Of a stretch of 63,307 nt of DNA, positions 17,425 to 27,820 are shown piece after piece. Where the stretch lies: assembly GCA_017412675.1 (NCBI GenBank), contig JAFPWV010000014.1, positions 1 through 63,307 of the forward strand, written 5' to 3'. Origin of the DNA: Clostridia bacterium. GTDB lineage: Bacteria > Bacillota > Clostridia > Oscillospirales > CAG-272. The notes under the pieces are model-generated. The model was given only the letters and a program-made list of their open reading frames with translations. It made no database searches and was not told the DNA's origin. Positions within the stretch are counted from its first letter, which is position 1, and each line of letters starts with the position of its first letter. The translations under genes and the position numbers were made by a program.

Positions 17425-19679
17425 GTCCTCTTCGGTCTGTACTGTTTTTTCTCGCGGCTGCCGTCACGCTTGTCCGCCGCGCGTTCGTTTGCCCGCACCG
17501 CGCGCTCGTGCTCGTAGCGGTCGTAGGCCATGATGATCTTCTGCACGAGGCGGTGGCGCACCACGTCGCGCTCGTTGAATTCGTGGATGCCGATGTCGTC
17601 GATGTTCTTGAGGATCTGCGCCGCGATGGACAGTCCGCTCTTCGTGCCGCGCGGCAGATCCGTCTGGGTCAAATCGCCCGTGACAACCGCCTTCGAGCCG
17701 TTGCCGAGACGGGTCAGGAACATCTTCATCTGCTCGGGCGTGGTGTTCTGCGCCTCGTCGAGGATGATGAAGGAGTCGTCGAGCGTCCGGCCGCGCATGT
17801 AGGCGAGGGGCGCGATCTCGATGGTCATCTTCTCGATCATCTTCCCGCAGCTCTCCGCGCCGAGCATCTCATAGAGCGCGTCGTAAAGGGGGCGCAGATA
17901 GGGGTCGATCTTGCTCTGCAGATCCCCGGGCAGAAAGCCGAGACGTTCTCCCGCTTCCACCGCCGGCCGGGTGAGGATGATCCGGGAGACCTCGTGTGCG
18001 CGCAGCGCTTTGACCGCCGCCGCGACCGCGAGATAGGTCTTGCCCGTGCCCGCCGGACCGACGCCGAGGACGATGGTGTTCTTTTTGATGAGCTCGAGGT
18101 ATTTCTTCTGTCCGACGGTCTTCGGCTTGATCGGCTTTCCCTTCGCCGTGACGAAGAAGCAGTCGTCGTCGAAGGCGGAGAGCTCGGATACCCGCCCCTC
18201 CTTCACCATGCCGATGATGTAATCGACGCTCTGGTCGGTCAGCTCGTCGCCGAACGTGACGATGCGCCTGAGATACCCGAGCGCATCCGCCGCCATCCCG
18301 ACGCCGGGCTCCTCGCCGTCGATCGTGATCGTGTCCCCGTCGTCGTTCTGATTCTGTATATTCTGAATGCGGACGCCGAATTCGCTCTCCAGCCGGTTGA
18401 CGTTCCGGTCGAAGCTGCCGAAGAGCCGCGCCGTGACCTCCGAGGAGGCCGTCGTGATTTTCTTCTGTGCCATGTGTTCTCCGATTGATGTTTTTTCTTC
18501 CTCCACCGCGAATTCCTCTGTGACGCCGATCTGACGGCTGACGGACAAGAGCCCGTCGAGACGCCAGACGCCGTCCCGGAGCGATCCGCGGAAGGATTTT
18601 TCAAGCAGGACGCCGCCCTCCGTCGCCTCGCGCACCAGCCGCCGCATTTCCGTCATCGCTTCCGCCTGAGCATCATCGGCGGAGAGCGTCACGGGCACGG
18701 CTTCGGTCCTCTGCCAGACGGTTTTCTCCACCCATACGGGGAGGGGCGTACCGTCCGGAAGGCACACTCGTCCTATTGTATCTATTGTATCATAAGTGGA
18801 GGGGTCAAATCCATAGTTTCGGGAAAGATTTATCGATTTTTTGAAAAATTTCAGGGCAAATGCCGTCTTTTTCTCGCCCGTCGGGCGTTTTTCCAGCCGT
18901 TCGAGGGGGATTTCCACAGAAAGCGGCACCGCGACCGACGCCCAGACCTCCCCCGCGGCGTACTCCCAGCGGAATCCGCCGTCCTTTTTCTCGAGGATCC
19001 CGGAGATCGCGACCTCGCCGGGACGGATCACATCCCCCGCCCGGACCGCCGCCTGCCCCTCGAAGACGTTCACCTCCTCGATCACCCCGCACGCCCCCGC
19101 CACGACGTTCGCGCCCATATGCGTCCGGTCCCCGCGCACGCCGTCGGCCCACATCTCCCGCACCTGCACCTGGGCGACCGTCCCGTCCATGTAGACGGAG
19201 AGCCAGGCGATCTCGTTCTGCACGGCGACGTAATCCGCGTGGAGCTGGTCGAAATCGATCCCCCGCCACCGCGTCCCGATCTCGAAGCCGAGGTCCGCGA
19301 GCTCTGAGAGGATCGTCTCGTCCGACGTCTTCGTGTTCCCCTCGATGCGGATGTCCCACACCAGCCCGCCCGAGAAATAGAGCCAGAGCGCGACGAGGCA
19401 TATCCCGACGGGGATCCCCGGCCTCTCCCGGCAGAACGCGAGCGCGGCGGGCAGCCCGTGCCTCTCCCCGATCTCCGCCCCGATCCCGAGGCTCGCAAAG
19501 ACGAGCGACGCTGCGCGGACGTCCTCCTCCCGCACCCGCACCGAGACCCGCTCCCCCCGCAGACGTTCGTGCGCGAGCGGGATGCAGGCGCGAAACATCG
19601 CGTTGAACACCGCGGTGCGGCTCTCCCGGGGAAAGGAGACGGTCCGCCAGCCCGCCAGAAATGCCCGGAGCCCCATCAC
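17421..19679 (-). CDS. phoH: Continuous ORF encoding a YqfD-like sporulation membrane protein (N-terminal ~402 aa) fused in frame to PhoH-like ATPase (C-terminal 350 aa)
   Basis: The N-terminal half resembles stage IV sporulation protein YqfD. The C-terminal half is PhoH ([13 protein letters not shown] Walker A, ILDEAQN). No stop codon separates them. An internal ATG at 18473 with GGAG 6 nt upstream could also start PhoH alone. The 5' end is GTG at 19679 or ATG at 19676, overlapping the yqfC stop. Confidence 0.65.
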   Translation of the reverse strand: MMGLRAFLAGWRTVSFPRESRTAVFNAMFRACIPLAHERLRGERVSVRVREEDVRAASLVFASLGIGAEIGERHGLPAALAFCRERPGIPVGICLVALWLYFSGGLVWDIRIEGNTKTSDETILSELADLGFEIGTRWRGIDFDQLHADYVAVQNEIAWLSVYMDGTVAQVQVREMWADGVRGDRTHMGANVVAGACGVIEEVNVFEGQAAVRAGDVIRPGEVAISGILEKKDGGFRWEYAAGEVWASVAVPLSVEIPLERLEKRPTGEKKTAFALKFFKKSINLSRNYGFDPSTYDTIDTIGRVCLPDGTPLPVWVEKTVWQRTEAVPVTLSADDAQAEAMTEMRRLVREATEGGVLLEKSFRGSLRDGVWRLDGLLSVSRQIGVTEEFAVEEEKTSIGEHMAQKKITTASSEVTARLFGSFDRNVNRLESEFGVRIQNIQNQNDDGDTITIDGEEPGVGMAADALGYLRRIVTFGDELTDQSVDYIIGMVKEGRVSELSAFDDDCFFVTAKGKPIKPKTVGQKKYLELIKKNTIVLGVGPAGTGKTYLAVAAAVKALRAHEVSRIILTRPAVEAGERLGFLPGDLQSKIDPYLRPLYDALYEMLGAESCGKMIEKMTIEIAPLAYMRGRTLDDSFIILDEAQNTTPEQMKMFLTRLGNGSKAVVTGDLTQTDLPRGTKSGLSIAAQILKNIDDIGIHEFNERDVVRHRLVQKIIMAYDRYEHERAVRANERAADKRDGSREKKQYRPKRT

Positions 19680-19978
19680 ACCGCCTCCTCTTCAAACGAT
19701 ACGGAATCGATCACCCCGCGCACGAGGATGCTGCCCTCCCGGAAATCCTCGATCGAGAGCATCCGGCCCGTGATCGTCACCCGTCCCCCGTCCGACGCGA
19801 GCGTCACCCTCTCCGGCGCGTATTCGAGAATCCCGCTGCATCCCGCCGCCTCGACCTCGCGCCGTCCCCGGACCGTGCAGACCGTCATCGGCACGACGGC
19901 GTCGAGCGGGACCTCGAACAGCGACGCCACGGCTTCCCCGAGACTTCTCGGCCGTCTGTGCTCCTTTTTCTCCGGCAA
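19676..19978 (-). CDS. yqfC: Sporulation protein YqfC
   Basis: 100 aa with a YqfC-like pattern (..V.G.....E....I..Y....V.......V.I.G..L.I). TTG start with GGGAGGA 7 nt upstream. It lies directly upstream of yqfD, as in Bacillus. Confidence 0.75.
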   Translation of the reverse strand: MPEKKEHRRPRSLGEAVASLFEVPLDAVVPMTVCTVRGRREVEAAGCSGILEYAPERVTLASDGGRVTITGRMLSIEDFREGSILVRGVIDSVSFEEEAV

Positions 19979-20053
19979 GTTTGTGTCCTCCCGCGCATAG
20001 AAATACCGTCAGATTGTATTCCGTCCCCCGCGGACTTTATGCAAGGAGCCGCC

Positions 20054-21064
20054 ATGCCGACTGCCCGCCGGTTCTCGAAAATCCTCCCCGCCGCCCTCGC
20101 CGTCCTCGTCCTCGCGGCCTTTCTGCGCTTCCCCGCCGTTGTCCGGGAGACAGCCGTCTCGTCCCTGTCGCGCTGCGCGTCCTCGCTCATCCCCGCGCTC
20201 TTCCCCTACATGACTGCCGCCGCGATCCTTGTGCGGCGCTGGAAGCGTGACGCGGGGATCTCCGTCTTCCTCGTCGGTCTGCTGGCCGGATTCCCGGTCG
20301 GTGCCGTCTCCGCCGCCGCGCTGTTCCGGGAGAGCCGGATCGGAAAGCGGGATGCCGAACGCCTCGCCGCCGCGTCCTGCTGCGCCTCCCCGGCCTTTCT
20401 CGTCGGCGTGCTCGGGCGGATGTGGGGCGACGAGCGCTTCGGATGGGTCCTCTTCCTCGCGTCCGTCCCCGCGCTCCTCTGCTTCTTTCCGCTCCGCCGC
20501 ACCCTCCGCGCCGTGCCCGATCGTCAAACAGAGCCCGCGGAACCCCTCACCCGGGATCTCGCCGACGCGATCGGGCAGGCAGGCGCGGGATGCCTCGCGG
20601 TCACGTCCTCGATCGTCTTTTTCTCCGTCCTCTCCGCCGTCGGAGAAACGCTCCTTCCGCCGCTCTCGCCGCTGTTCCGGCTGACGTTCGAGTTCTCGGG
20701 CGGAGCAATGTACGGCGCGTCCGTCGGCGGGATGCTCGGAGCGGCCCTGTCCGGGGCTGCCGTCGGATTCTCGGGCCTCGCCGTGCTCACACAGGTATCG
20801 GCGCCGCTCTCGGAGGCGGGACTCTCTCTGCGGCCCTATCTGCTCTCCCGCCTCGTCCTCGCCGCATGGCTTGCCGCCGTCTCTGCCGCGTGGTGCCGGT
20901 TTCATCCGATGACGCCCGCCGCCGAAACGCTCGCACAGCCGCCCGTTCTCACTACCCTCTCCCTCTGCGCGCTGCCAATCCTGCTCTTCTGCCTCTCCCT
21001 TCTGAGGCGGGCGAAAAACGTGCCGCGATCCCCTTGTAATTCTCCGAAGAATCTGGTAAAATAA
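20054..21064 (+). CDS. Polytopic membrane protein, YlbJ-like / nucleoside-recognition (Gate) domain family
   Basis: The start at 20054 has AAGGAG 5 nt upstream. About 8-10 TM segments, with IPALFPYM resembling the YlbJ N-terminal motif. The longer ORF-track start at 19661 overlaps yqfC/yqfD antisense, so I rejected it. Confidence 0.5.
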   Translation: MPTARRFSKILPAALAVLVLAAFLRFPAVVRETAVSSLSRCASSLIPALFPYMTAAAILVRRWKRDAGISVFLVGLLAGFPVGAVSAAALFRESRIGKRDAERLAAASCCASPAFLVGVLGRMWGDERFGWVLFLASVPALLCFFPLRRTLRAVPDRQTEPAEPLTRDLADAIGQAGAGCLAVTSSIVFFSVLSAVGETLLPPLSPLFRLTFEFSGGAMYGASVGGMLGAALSGAAVGFSGLAVLTQVSAPLSEAGLSLRPYLLSRLVLAAWLAAVSAAWCRFHPMTPAAETLAQPPVLTTLSLCALPILLFCLSLLRRAKNVPRSPCNSPKNLVK

Positions 21065-21090
21065 AGCAAAACAGATTCCGGAGGCTTCCT

Positions 21091-22140
21091 ATGCTTTCCT
21101 TTGCCAGCGATTATATCGAAGGCGCGCATCCCTCGATCCTCGAAGCGCTCGCCGAGACCAATCTCGTCCCCCAGCCGGGCTACGGCGAGGACGCATACTG
21201 CCGCCGGGCCGCCGAGAAGATCCGCCTGGCCTGTCATGCGCCGGACGCCGACGTCTTCTTCCTCTCCGGCGGCACGCAGTCCAACCGCGTCGTGATCTCC
21301 GCGCTTCTCGGAACGGTCGAGGGCGTGATCTCGCCCGCCACCGGCCACATCAACGGCCACGAGGGCGGCGCGATCGAATCGAGCGGACACAAGGTCCTCG
21401 CCCTGCCGCACCGGAACGGAAAGCTCGACGCGAAGGTCCTCCGGTCCTACCTCGCGGACTTCTACGCCGACCGGGACGGGTACCCCCATACGGTCCAGCC
21501 CGGGATGCTCTATCTCACGCATCCGACGGAATACGGCACGCTCTACGCGAAGGAGGAGCTCACCGCGCTGCGGCAGGCTGCCGAGGAGTACCGCCTCCCG
21601 GTCTTCCTCGACGGCGCGCGGCTCGGCTATGCCCTCGCAACCCCGTCCTCCGACGTGACGCTCGAAGACATCGCGCGGCTCACGGACTGCTTCACGATCG
21701 GTGGGACGAAGGTCGGCGCGCTCCTCGGCGAGGCGGTGGTCTTCCCGAGCGGCACCGCTCCGAAGCACTTCTTCACCCACATCAAGCAGCAGGGCGCGCT
21801 CCTCGCCAAAGGCCGGGTCCTCGGGCTGCAGTTCGACGCGCTCTTCACGGACGGGCTGTATCAGCGGATCGCCGCGAACGCCGTCCGTCAGGCAGACCGC
21901 ATCCGCGCCGCGCTCGGGAAGCTCCGTGTCCCGCTGGCCGTCCCATCCCCGACGAATCAGATCTTCCCCATCCTCTCGAACGAAGACGCCGCCGCGCTCG
22001 CCCAGGAGGTCGTCTATACCTTCTGGGAGAAGGCGGACGAGGGACATGCGGTGATCCGGCTCTGCACGAGCTGGGCGACGACGGACGAGAAGACCGACGC
22101 CCTGATCGCCGTGCTGCGCCAAGTCCTCGGAGGCCGGTGA
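21091..22140 (+). CDS. ltaE: Low-specificity L-threonine aldolase / beta-eliminating lyase family PLP enzyme
   Basis: 349 aa. N-terminus FASDY.EGAHP.IL, then SGGTQSN and GGTK (PLP lysine region). GGAGG RBS. Confidence 0.8.
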   Translation: MLSFASDYIEGAHPSILEALAETNLVPQPGYGEDAYCRRAAEKIRLACHAPDADVFFLSGGTQSNRVVISALLGTVEGVISPATGHINGHEGGAIESSGHKVLALPHRNGKLDAKVLRSYLADFYADRDGYPHTVQPGMLYLTHPTEYGTLYAKEELTALRQAAEEYRLPVFLDGARLGYALATPSSDVTLEDIARLTDCFTIGGTKVGALLGEAVVFPSGTAPKHFFTHIKQQGALLAKGRVLGLQFDALFTDGLYQRIAANAVRQADRIRAALGKLRVPLAVPSPTNQIFPILSNEDAAALAQEVVYTFWEKADEGHAVIRLCTSWATTDEKTDALIAVLRQVLGGR

Positions 22141-22814
22141 TGGCTGCCTTTGATTTCACCGTCCGCACGAAGCAGGACCTCGCCGACGCGGTGGAGCGCT
22201 TCGGGATCGTGCCGCTCTTCGCCAACTCGATCCCCGGCTTCTCCGTCGAGGAACACACCGCGCCCGAGGCCTGGTTCTCCGGGGATGAGGGCGTCTGGGA
22301 GTGGAAGGGCCCCGTCATCCGCGAGACCGGGTGCGCGTACGGCAAATTCTTCGAGAAGAAGGCCGCCTTCGTGAGCCGGTCCGTCTTCCCGGATCTCGCC
22401 AACTGGAGGCGCGACGGCTACGACTTCGACGCGCGCTTCGACGACGGGCTGGCGTCCTACGCGGACCAATATCTCTTCAACCTCATCGACGCCCGCGCAC
22501 CCGTTCTCTCGGGAACCCTGCGCGAGATCGGAAACTACAAAAAGGGCGGCAGGAAGGGATTCGAGACCGTCCTCGGCCGCCTGATGCACCAATGCTATGT
22601 CCTGATCGACGATTTCGTCTATCTCCGGGACCGGACCGGGAAGCCCTACGGATGGGGCGTCGCGCAGTATTCGACCCCGGAAAAACAGCTCGGCGAGGCG
22701 TTCTCGTCCGCCGTCTACCGAAAACCGCCGGAGGCGTCGCACGCCGTGGTCTTCGAGCGGCTGAAAGCCCTCACCGGTGCGGACGACCGGGCCGTCCAGC
22801 GGTTTATGAAATAA
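22140..22814 (+). CDS. Conserved hypothetical protein resembling short AlkZ-related (YcaQ/DUF1006-like winged-helix) proteins
   Basis: About 224 aa. The ATG overlaps the upstream stop (GTGATGG). The motif run GIVPLF.NSIPGFSVEE...WEWKGPVI...CAYGKFF matches what I recall of proteins annotated as AlkZ-related. I did not verify this by search. Confidence 0.5.
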   Translation: MAAFDFTVRTKQDLADAVERFGIVPLFANSIPGFSVEEHTAPEAWFSGDEGVWEWKGPVIRETGCAYGKFFEKKAAFVSRSVFPDLANWRRDGYDFDARFDDGLASYADQYLFNLIDARAPVLSGTLREIGNYKKGGRKGFETVLGRLMHQCYVLIDDFVYLRDRTGKPYGWGVAQYSTPEKQLGEAFSSAVYRKPPEASHAVVFERLKALTGADDRAVQRFMK

Positions 22815-22830
22815 GACAAGGAGCGGATCT

Positions 22831-23556
22831 ATGGAATTTCAGGGAAAGATCGCCGTCGTGACGGGCGGCTGCCACGGGATCGGACTGGCTGTCAGGCGTT
22901 CCTTCGAGCGGGAAGGCGCTCATGTGTTCGTGATCGACGTGGATCCGGCGGCGGATTTTGTCGGAGACGTCGGCAGGAAAGAAGACCTCGATGCCTTCGC
23001 CGCGTACATCCGCGAGAGGACGGACCGGGTCGACGTGCTCGTGAACAACGCCCCTCCCCTCATGCGGGGGATCGATGCCTGCTCTTATGAGGACTTCGAG
23101 CGCGCGCTCCGGGTGGGCGTGACGGCTCCGTTCTATCTCACGAAGCTCCTCATGCCCCTCTTCGGCGACGGCGCGTCGGTCGTCAACATCTCCTCGTCCC
23201 GCGACCGTCAGAGTATGCCGGGGACCGAGAGCTATACGGCGGCGAAAGGCGGGATCTCCGCGCTCACCCACGCCATGGCGGCGAGCCTTGCGGGACGCGC
23301 ACGCATCAATTCGGTCTCGCCCGGCTGGATCGACACGGAATACCGCGTCTACGAAGGCCCGGACGCGCTTCAGCAGTCCGTCGGCCGGGTCGGGAATCCG
23401 GATGATATCGCCGAGGCCGTCCTCTTTCTCTCCTCGCCGCGCGCCGGATTCATCACTGGAGAAAACCTCACCGTCGACGGCGGCATGACGCGGCTGATGA
23501 TCTATCACGGCGAACACGGCTGGACTTACCGTCCCGAAAGCCGTCCCATCACTTGA
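22831..23556 (+). CDS. SDR family oxidoreductase
   Basis: TGGCHGIG cofactor motif, NNA, and the catalytic S...YxxxK (YTAAKGG). Confidence 0.85.
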   Translation: MEFQGKIAVVTGGCHGIGLAVRRSFEREGAHVFVIDVDPAADFVGDVGRKEDLDAFAAYIRERTDRVDVLVNNAPPLMRGIDACSYEDFERALRVGVTAPFYLTKLLMPLFGDGASVVNISSSRDRQSMPGTESYTAAKGGISALTHAMAASLAGRARINSVSPGWIDTEYRVYEGPDALQQSVGRVGNPDDIAEAVLFLSSPRAGFITGENLTVDGGMTRLMIYHGEHGWTYRPESRPIT

Positions 23557-23580
23557 TTTTCCGAACAGGAGGACCGTACC

Positions 23581-24537
23581 ATGTTCCGTTTTGCCATCAT
23601 GGGCGCGGGCGGGATCGCAAACAAGTTCTGCGACGCCGTCTCGCTCGTCCCGGACGCCGAGGTCTCTGCGATCTCCTCGAAGTCCATCGACCGCGCCGCG
23701 GATTTCGCCGACCGCCACCGCCTGCCCGCCTACTACGACAGTTATGAAAGGATGCTTGAGGAGGAACGCCCGGACTGCGTCTACATCGCCGTCACGCACG
23801 ACGCGCATTTCGACCTCGCCATGCTCTGCCTCGCGCACGACACGCCGATCCTCTGCGAGAAGAGCATGTTCCAGAACGCCCGCGAGGCCGAGACCTATTT
23901 CGCGGCATCGGAGAAGCGCGGGATCTTCTCGATGGAGGCCATGTGGAGCCGCTTCCTGCCCCCGGTCGTGAAGGCGCGGGAATGGGTGAAGGACGGCCGG
24001 ATCGGGCGCCCCGTCTTCGGCGACATGACGATCGGCTTCCGCTCCTCGCCCGATCCCGAGAACCGGATCAACAACCCGAAGCTCGGCGGCGGCGCGGCGC
24101 TCGACATCACCGTCTATTCCTACGACGTCCTGACCCGCGTGATCGACCGCCCCGTGCTCCGCGCCTCGGTCGAAGCGACGAAGATGGCGACCGGCGTCGA
24201 CGACACGGACATCGCGCTGCTCCGGTTCGAGGGCGGCGTCCTCGGCGTGTGCAAGTCGACGGTGGCCTGCTCCCCGGACGAGCGTCTGATCGTCGAGGGG
24301 ACCGAGGGCCGGATTCTGCTGCCGCACTCCCACGTCGGGAATGAAGCACAGCTCTGGCGCGGCGGACGCCTCGTCGAGCACTTCATCGACAACGAAACGA
24401 AGAACGGCTTCACCTACGAGATCGAAGAGACGATCCGCATGATCCGCGCGGGAAAGATCGAAAGCGAGGTCTGCCCGCACGCGATGACCCTCGAATTTGC
24501 GCGGCTCTGCGACCGGATCTTCGAGAAAGCGGAATAA
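23581..24537 (+). CDS. Gfo/Idh/MocA family oxidoreductase
   Basis: N-terminal Rossmann motif FAIMGAGGIA, then EKS(M) and a C-terminal alpha/beta domain. AGGAGG RBS. Confidence 0.85.
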   Translation: MFRFAIMGAGGIANKFCDAVSLVPDAEVSAISSKSIDRAADFADRHRLPAYYDSYERMLEEERPDCVYIAVTHDAHFDLAMLCLAHDTPILCEKSMFQNAREAETYFAASEKRGIFSMEAMWSRFLPPVVKAREWVKDGRIGRPVFGDMTIGFRSSPDPENRINNPKLGGGAALDITVYSYDVLTRVIDRPVLRASVEATKMATGVDDTDIALLRFEGGVLGVCKSTVACSPDERLIVEGTEGRILLPHSHVGNEAQLWRGGRLVEHFIDNETKNGFTYEIEETIRMIRAGKIESEVCPHAMTLEFARLCDRIFEKAE

Positions 24538-24579
24538 AAAAGAGGCACGCCCCTCATCGAACTCTGAAAGGAGACCGCC

Positions 24580-25824
24580 ATGGAACCTGTCAGCCGCATC
24601 AAGCCGATGCACGGCGTCGGTCAGCCGCCCTTCTCGGGCATCGATTTCTCCCCGATCCGCCGCTGGCTCACCCCCGCGGGGATCCCGTTTTCCCGCCTGC
24701 ACGACGTCGGCGGATGCTTCGGGAACAACCTCTACGTCGACATCCCGAACCTCTTCCGCGATTTTGACGCCGATCCCGCCGATCCCGCGTCCTACGACTT
24801 CGCGTTTACCGATCTTCTCATCACCGCGCTCGTGGAGGCCGGCGTCGAGCCGTTCTTCCGCCTCGGCGTGACGATCGAGAATTACATGCGCGTCCGCGCT
24901 TACCGCATCCATCCGCCGAAGGACTTTTTGAAGTGGGCAAAGATCTGCGAGGGCGTCATCCGGCACTACACCGAGGGCTGGGCGGACGGCTTCCGGTACC
25001 GGATCCGCAATTGGGAGATCTGGAACGAGCCGGAGAACCACGTCGATCCCGCGAAGAACGAGATGTGGATCGGGACGGCCGAACAGTATTACGAGCTCTA
25101 CAACACCGCGGCGTCGTACCTCAAGGAGCGCTTCCCGCATCTCAAGATCGGCGGATACGCCTCCTGCGGCTTCTATGCGCTGAAAAACCCCGGCGATCCC
25201 CGCACCGAATACTTCCTCTCGTTCTTCGACGGCTTCCTCGATTCCGTGAAGCGCGCCGGCGCGCCGCTCGACTTCTTCTCATGGCATTCCTATGCGGGGA
25301 TCGCGGAGACGGCATCGTTCGCCCGGTATGCGCGGCAGAAGCTCGACGAAGCAGGCTTCACCGGAACGGAGACGACCTGCAACGAATGGAATCCCGAACA
25401 CGAACGGCGCGGCACCTTCCGCCATGCGGCCCTGATCTGCGCGTGGATGCTCGCGATGCAGCACGAGCCCGTCGACTCGGCGATGTTCTATGACGCGCGG
25501 CTCGGCCTCTCCGTCTACGGCGGGCTGTTCGATCCGATGAAGCGGGAGACCTACCCGGCCTACGACGCGTTCCTCGCGTTCCATGAGCTGTACCGCCGCG
25601 GCCGCGAGATCCCCGTCACCGTCGACGGCGCGTATGCCGTGATGGCCGCCGGAGAGGACGACCGCTGTCTCGTCGTAGCGAATCCGAACAAAGAGCCCGT
25701 TCCGCTCGCCGTCGAGGGAGAAGTCCTTTCCTGCCGCATGACCGGGGAGGGCCGCCGCCTCGAGGAGATCCCCCTGCCCGACGCCGTCCCGCCGGAATCG
25801 TTCCTCTGCATCGTGCTCCGCTGA
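24580..25824 (+). CDS. Clan GH-A TIM-barrel glycoside hydrolase (GH39-like), no signal peptide
   Basis: WEIWNEPE acid/base motif and a later NEWN candidate nucleophile region. 414 aa. AAAGGAG RBS. The family assignment is approximate. Confidence 0.6.
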   Translation: MEPVSRIKPMHGVGQPPFSGIDFSPIRRWLTPAGIPFSRLHDVGGCFGNNLYVDIPNLFRDFDADPADPASYDFAFTDLLITALVEAGVEPFFRLGVTIENYMRVRAYRIHPPKDFLKWAKICEGVIRHYTEGWADGFRYRIRNWEIWNEPENHVDPAKNEMWIGTAEQYYELYNTAASYLKERFPHLKIGGYASCGFYALKNPGDPRTEYFLSFFDGFLDSVKRAGAPLDFFSWHSYAGIAETASFARYARQKLDEAGFTGTETTCNEWNPEHERRGTFRHAALICAWMLAMQHEPVDSAMFYDARLGLSVYGGLFDPMKRETYPAYDAFLAFHELYRRGREIPVTVDGAYAVMAAGEDDRCLVVANPNKEPVPLAVEGEVLSCRMTGEGRRLEEIPLPDAVPPESFLCIVLR

Positions 25825-25853
25825 ACCGCCGTTCATCATCCCGGGAGAACAAC

Positions 25854-27800
25854 ATGAAAGAACCTACCGCAACGGAAAAATACCTGACGCTCCTCGCCCG
25901 CGAATTTCCGAGCGCGGAGTCCGCCGCCGCCGAGATGATCCGGCTCTGTGCCCTGCGCACCCTGCCGAAGGGGACGGAATACTTCTTCTCGGATCTGCAC
26001 GGGGAATACGAATCCTTCTCGCGCCTGCTCCGCTCCGCGTCCGGGATGATCCGCGCGAAGATCGATCTGGTGTTCGAGAAGAGCCTCTCCTCCGCCGAAC
26101 GCGCGCGCCTCGCCGAGCTGATCTACACGCCGGAAGAGATCCTCTCGGGCATGGTCCAGTCCGGCGAGATCGACGACGAATGGCGCTCGCTCACACTCTA
26201 CCGCCTGATCCTCGTCTCGGAGGCGGTCTCCGCCAAATACACCCGCGCGGAGGTGCGCAAGAAGATGCCCCCGGCCTTCGGCGCGATCCTCGACGAGCTG
26301 CTCAACGTCACGGACGACGTGGACAAGGAGTATTACTATACCGAGCTCATCTCCTCGATCCTCTCGACCGGGATCGCCGACGACTTCATCGCCGCACTCT
26401 GCGCCCTGATCCGGCGTCTCGCGGTCAACCGGCTGCACATCATCGGCGACGTCTTCGACCGCGGGCCGCGCGCCGACCGGATCATGGACGAGCTCATGAC
26501 CTGCGAGCATGTCGATTTCGAGTGGGGCAACCACGACATCAGCTGGATGGGCGCCGCCTCCGGATGCCGCGCGCTCATCGCCAACGTCGTGCGCATCGCC
26601 CTCGGCTACAACAGCTACGACGTCCTCGAAGACGGCTACGGTCTGAATCTGCGGCCGCTCTCCGTCTTCGCCGAACGGGTCTACGGCGCCGATCCGTGCA
26701 CGGAATTCTACCCCCACACCCTCGACGATGTGGTGTACGACACGGTCGAATACTCCCTGACGGCGAAGATGCACAAGGCGATCGCCGTGATCCAGCTCAA
26801 GCTCGAGGGTCAGCTCATGCGATCCCATCCGGAATACGGGCTGGAGGACCGCCGCCTCTTTGAAAAGGTCGACTTCCGGGCGGGAACGCTGACGTACGGG
26901 GGCCGGGTCTATGCCCTGTGCGACACCTGCTTCCCGACGGTCGATCCCGACGATCCGCTCCGGCTGACCGAAGAGGAAGAGGACCTCATGCGCATCCTAT
27001 CCTCGTCCTTCCACCACAGCGTGCGTCTCAACGCGCACATCCGCCATCTCTATGCGCGCGGCTCGATGTACAAGACCGTGAACGGGAACCTGCTCTATCA
27101 CGGCTGCATCCCGCTCAACGCGGACGGCTCGTTCCAGAAGGTCACGGTATGCGGGGAGGGGCTCAGCGGACGCGCGCTCCTCGACACCCTCGACGGGATC
27201 GCGAGACGGGCGTATTTCGCGCCGTTCGGTTCTCCGGAACAAATCGAAGCGCGGGATTACCTCTGGTATCTCTGGTGCGGCCCCGACTCCCCGCTCTACG
27301 GCAAGGACAAGAACGCCTTCTTCGAGCGCAGCCTGCTCGGGGACGACGCCGCGGAACTGAAACGCGAGAACTACGCCCCGTACTACGAGCTGAGTCATGA
27401 TCCGGCCGTCTGCGGGCAGATCCTCGCGGAATTCGGCCTCGATCCGACCCGCGGGCACATTGTCAACGGACACGTCCCGGTGATCCGTGCGGAAGGCCAG
27501 ACCCCCGTGCGCGCCGACGGACGGCTCTTCGTCATCGACGGCGGCATCTCGAAGGCCTACCGCGTGAAGACCGGGATCGCGGGCTACACCCTTATCTACG
27601 ATTCGCACAGTCTCCGGCTCGCGGAGCACACCCCGGGCGAGAGCACCCCGACCGTCTCCGTCGTGGAGAAAATGCCGCGGCGGGTCAATGTCGCAGACAC
27701 GGACATCGGCGAAGAGCTGGCCGGACGCATCGCCGATCTCGGCGCTCTCCTCGCAGCCTACCGATCCGGGGAGATCAAGGAACGGGGATCTTATCAATGA
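25854..27800 (+). CDS. fbp: Fructose-1,6-bisphosphatase, class 3
   Basis: 648 aa. N-terminus KYL.LL...F........EMI.L, then SDLHGE and IGDVFDRGP metallophosphatase motifs typical of Firmicute class III FBPase. Confidence 0.9.
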   Translation: MKEPTATEKYLTLLAREFPSAESAAAEMIRLCALRTLPKGTEYFFSDLHGEYESFSRLLRSASGMIRAKIDLVFEKSLSSAERARLAELIYTPEEILSGMVQSGEIDDEWRSLTLYRLILVSEAVSAKYTRAEVRKKMPPAFGAILDELLNVTDDVDKEYYYTELISSILSTGIADDFIAALCALIRRLAVNRLHIIGDVFDRGPRADRIMDELMTCEHVDFEWGNHDISWMGAASGCRALIANVVRIALGYNSYDVLEDGYGLNLRPLSVFAERVYGADPCTEFYPHTLDDVVYDTVEYSLTAKMHKAIAVIQLKLEGQLMRSHPEYGLEDRRLFEKVDFRAGTLTYGGRVYALCDTCFPTVDPDDPLRLTEEEEDLMRILSSSFHHSVRLNAHIRHLYARGSMYKTVNGNLLYHGCIPLNADGSFQKVTVCGEGLSGRALLDTLDGIARRAYFAPFGSPEQIEARDYLWYLWCGPDSPLYGKDKNAFFERSLLGDDAAELKRENYAPYYELSHDPAVCGQILAEFGLDPTRGHIVNGHVPVIRAEGQTPVRADGRLFVIDGGISKAYRVKTGIAGYTLIYDSHSLRLAEHTPGESTPTVSVVEKMPRRVNVADTDIGEELAGRIADLGALLAAYRSGEIKERGSYQ

Positions 27801-27820
27801 CACCTCAAGGAGGGACGAAC

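Noticed and set aside
22804-25140. 778-aa minus-strand ORF
   Set aside because: It overlaps four plus-strand genes with clear family motifs (SDR, Gfo/Idh/MocA, GH). Its composition is R/D/E/G/H/A-rich shadow-frame content.
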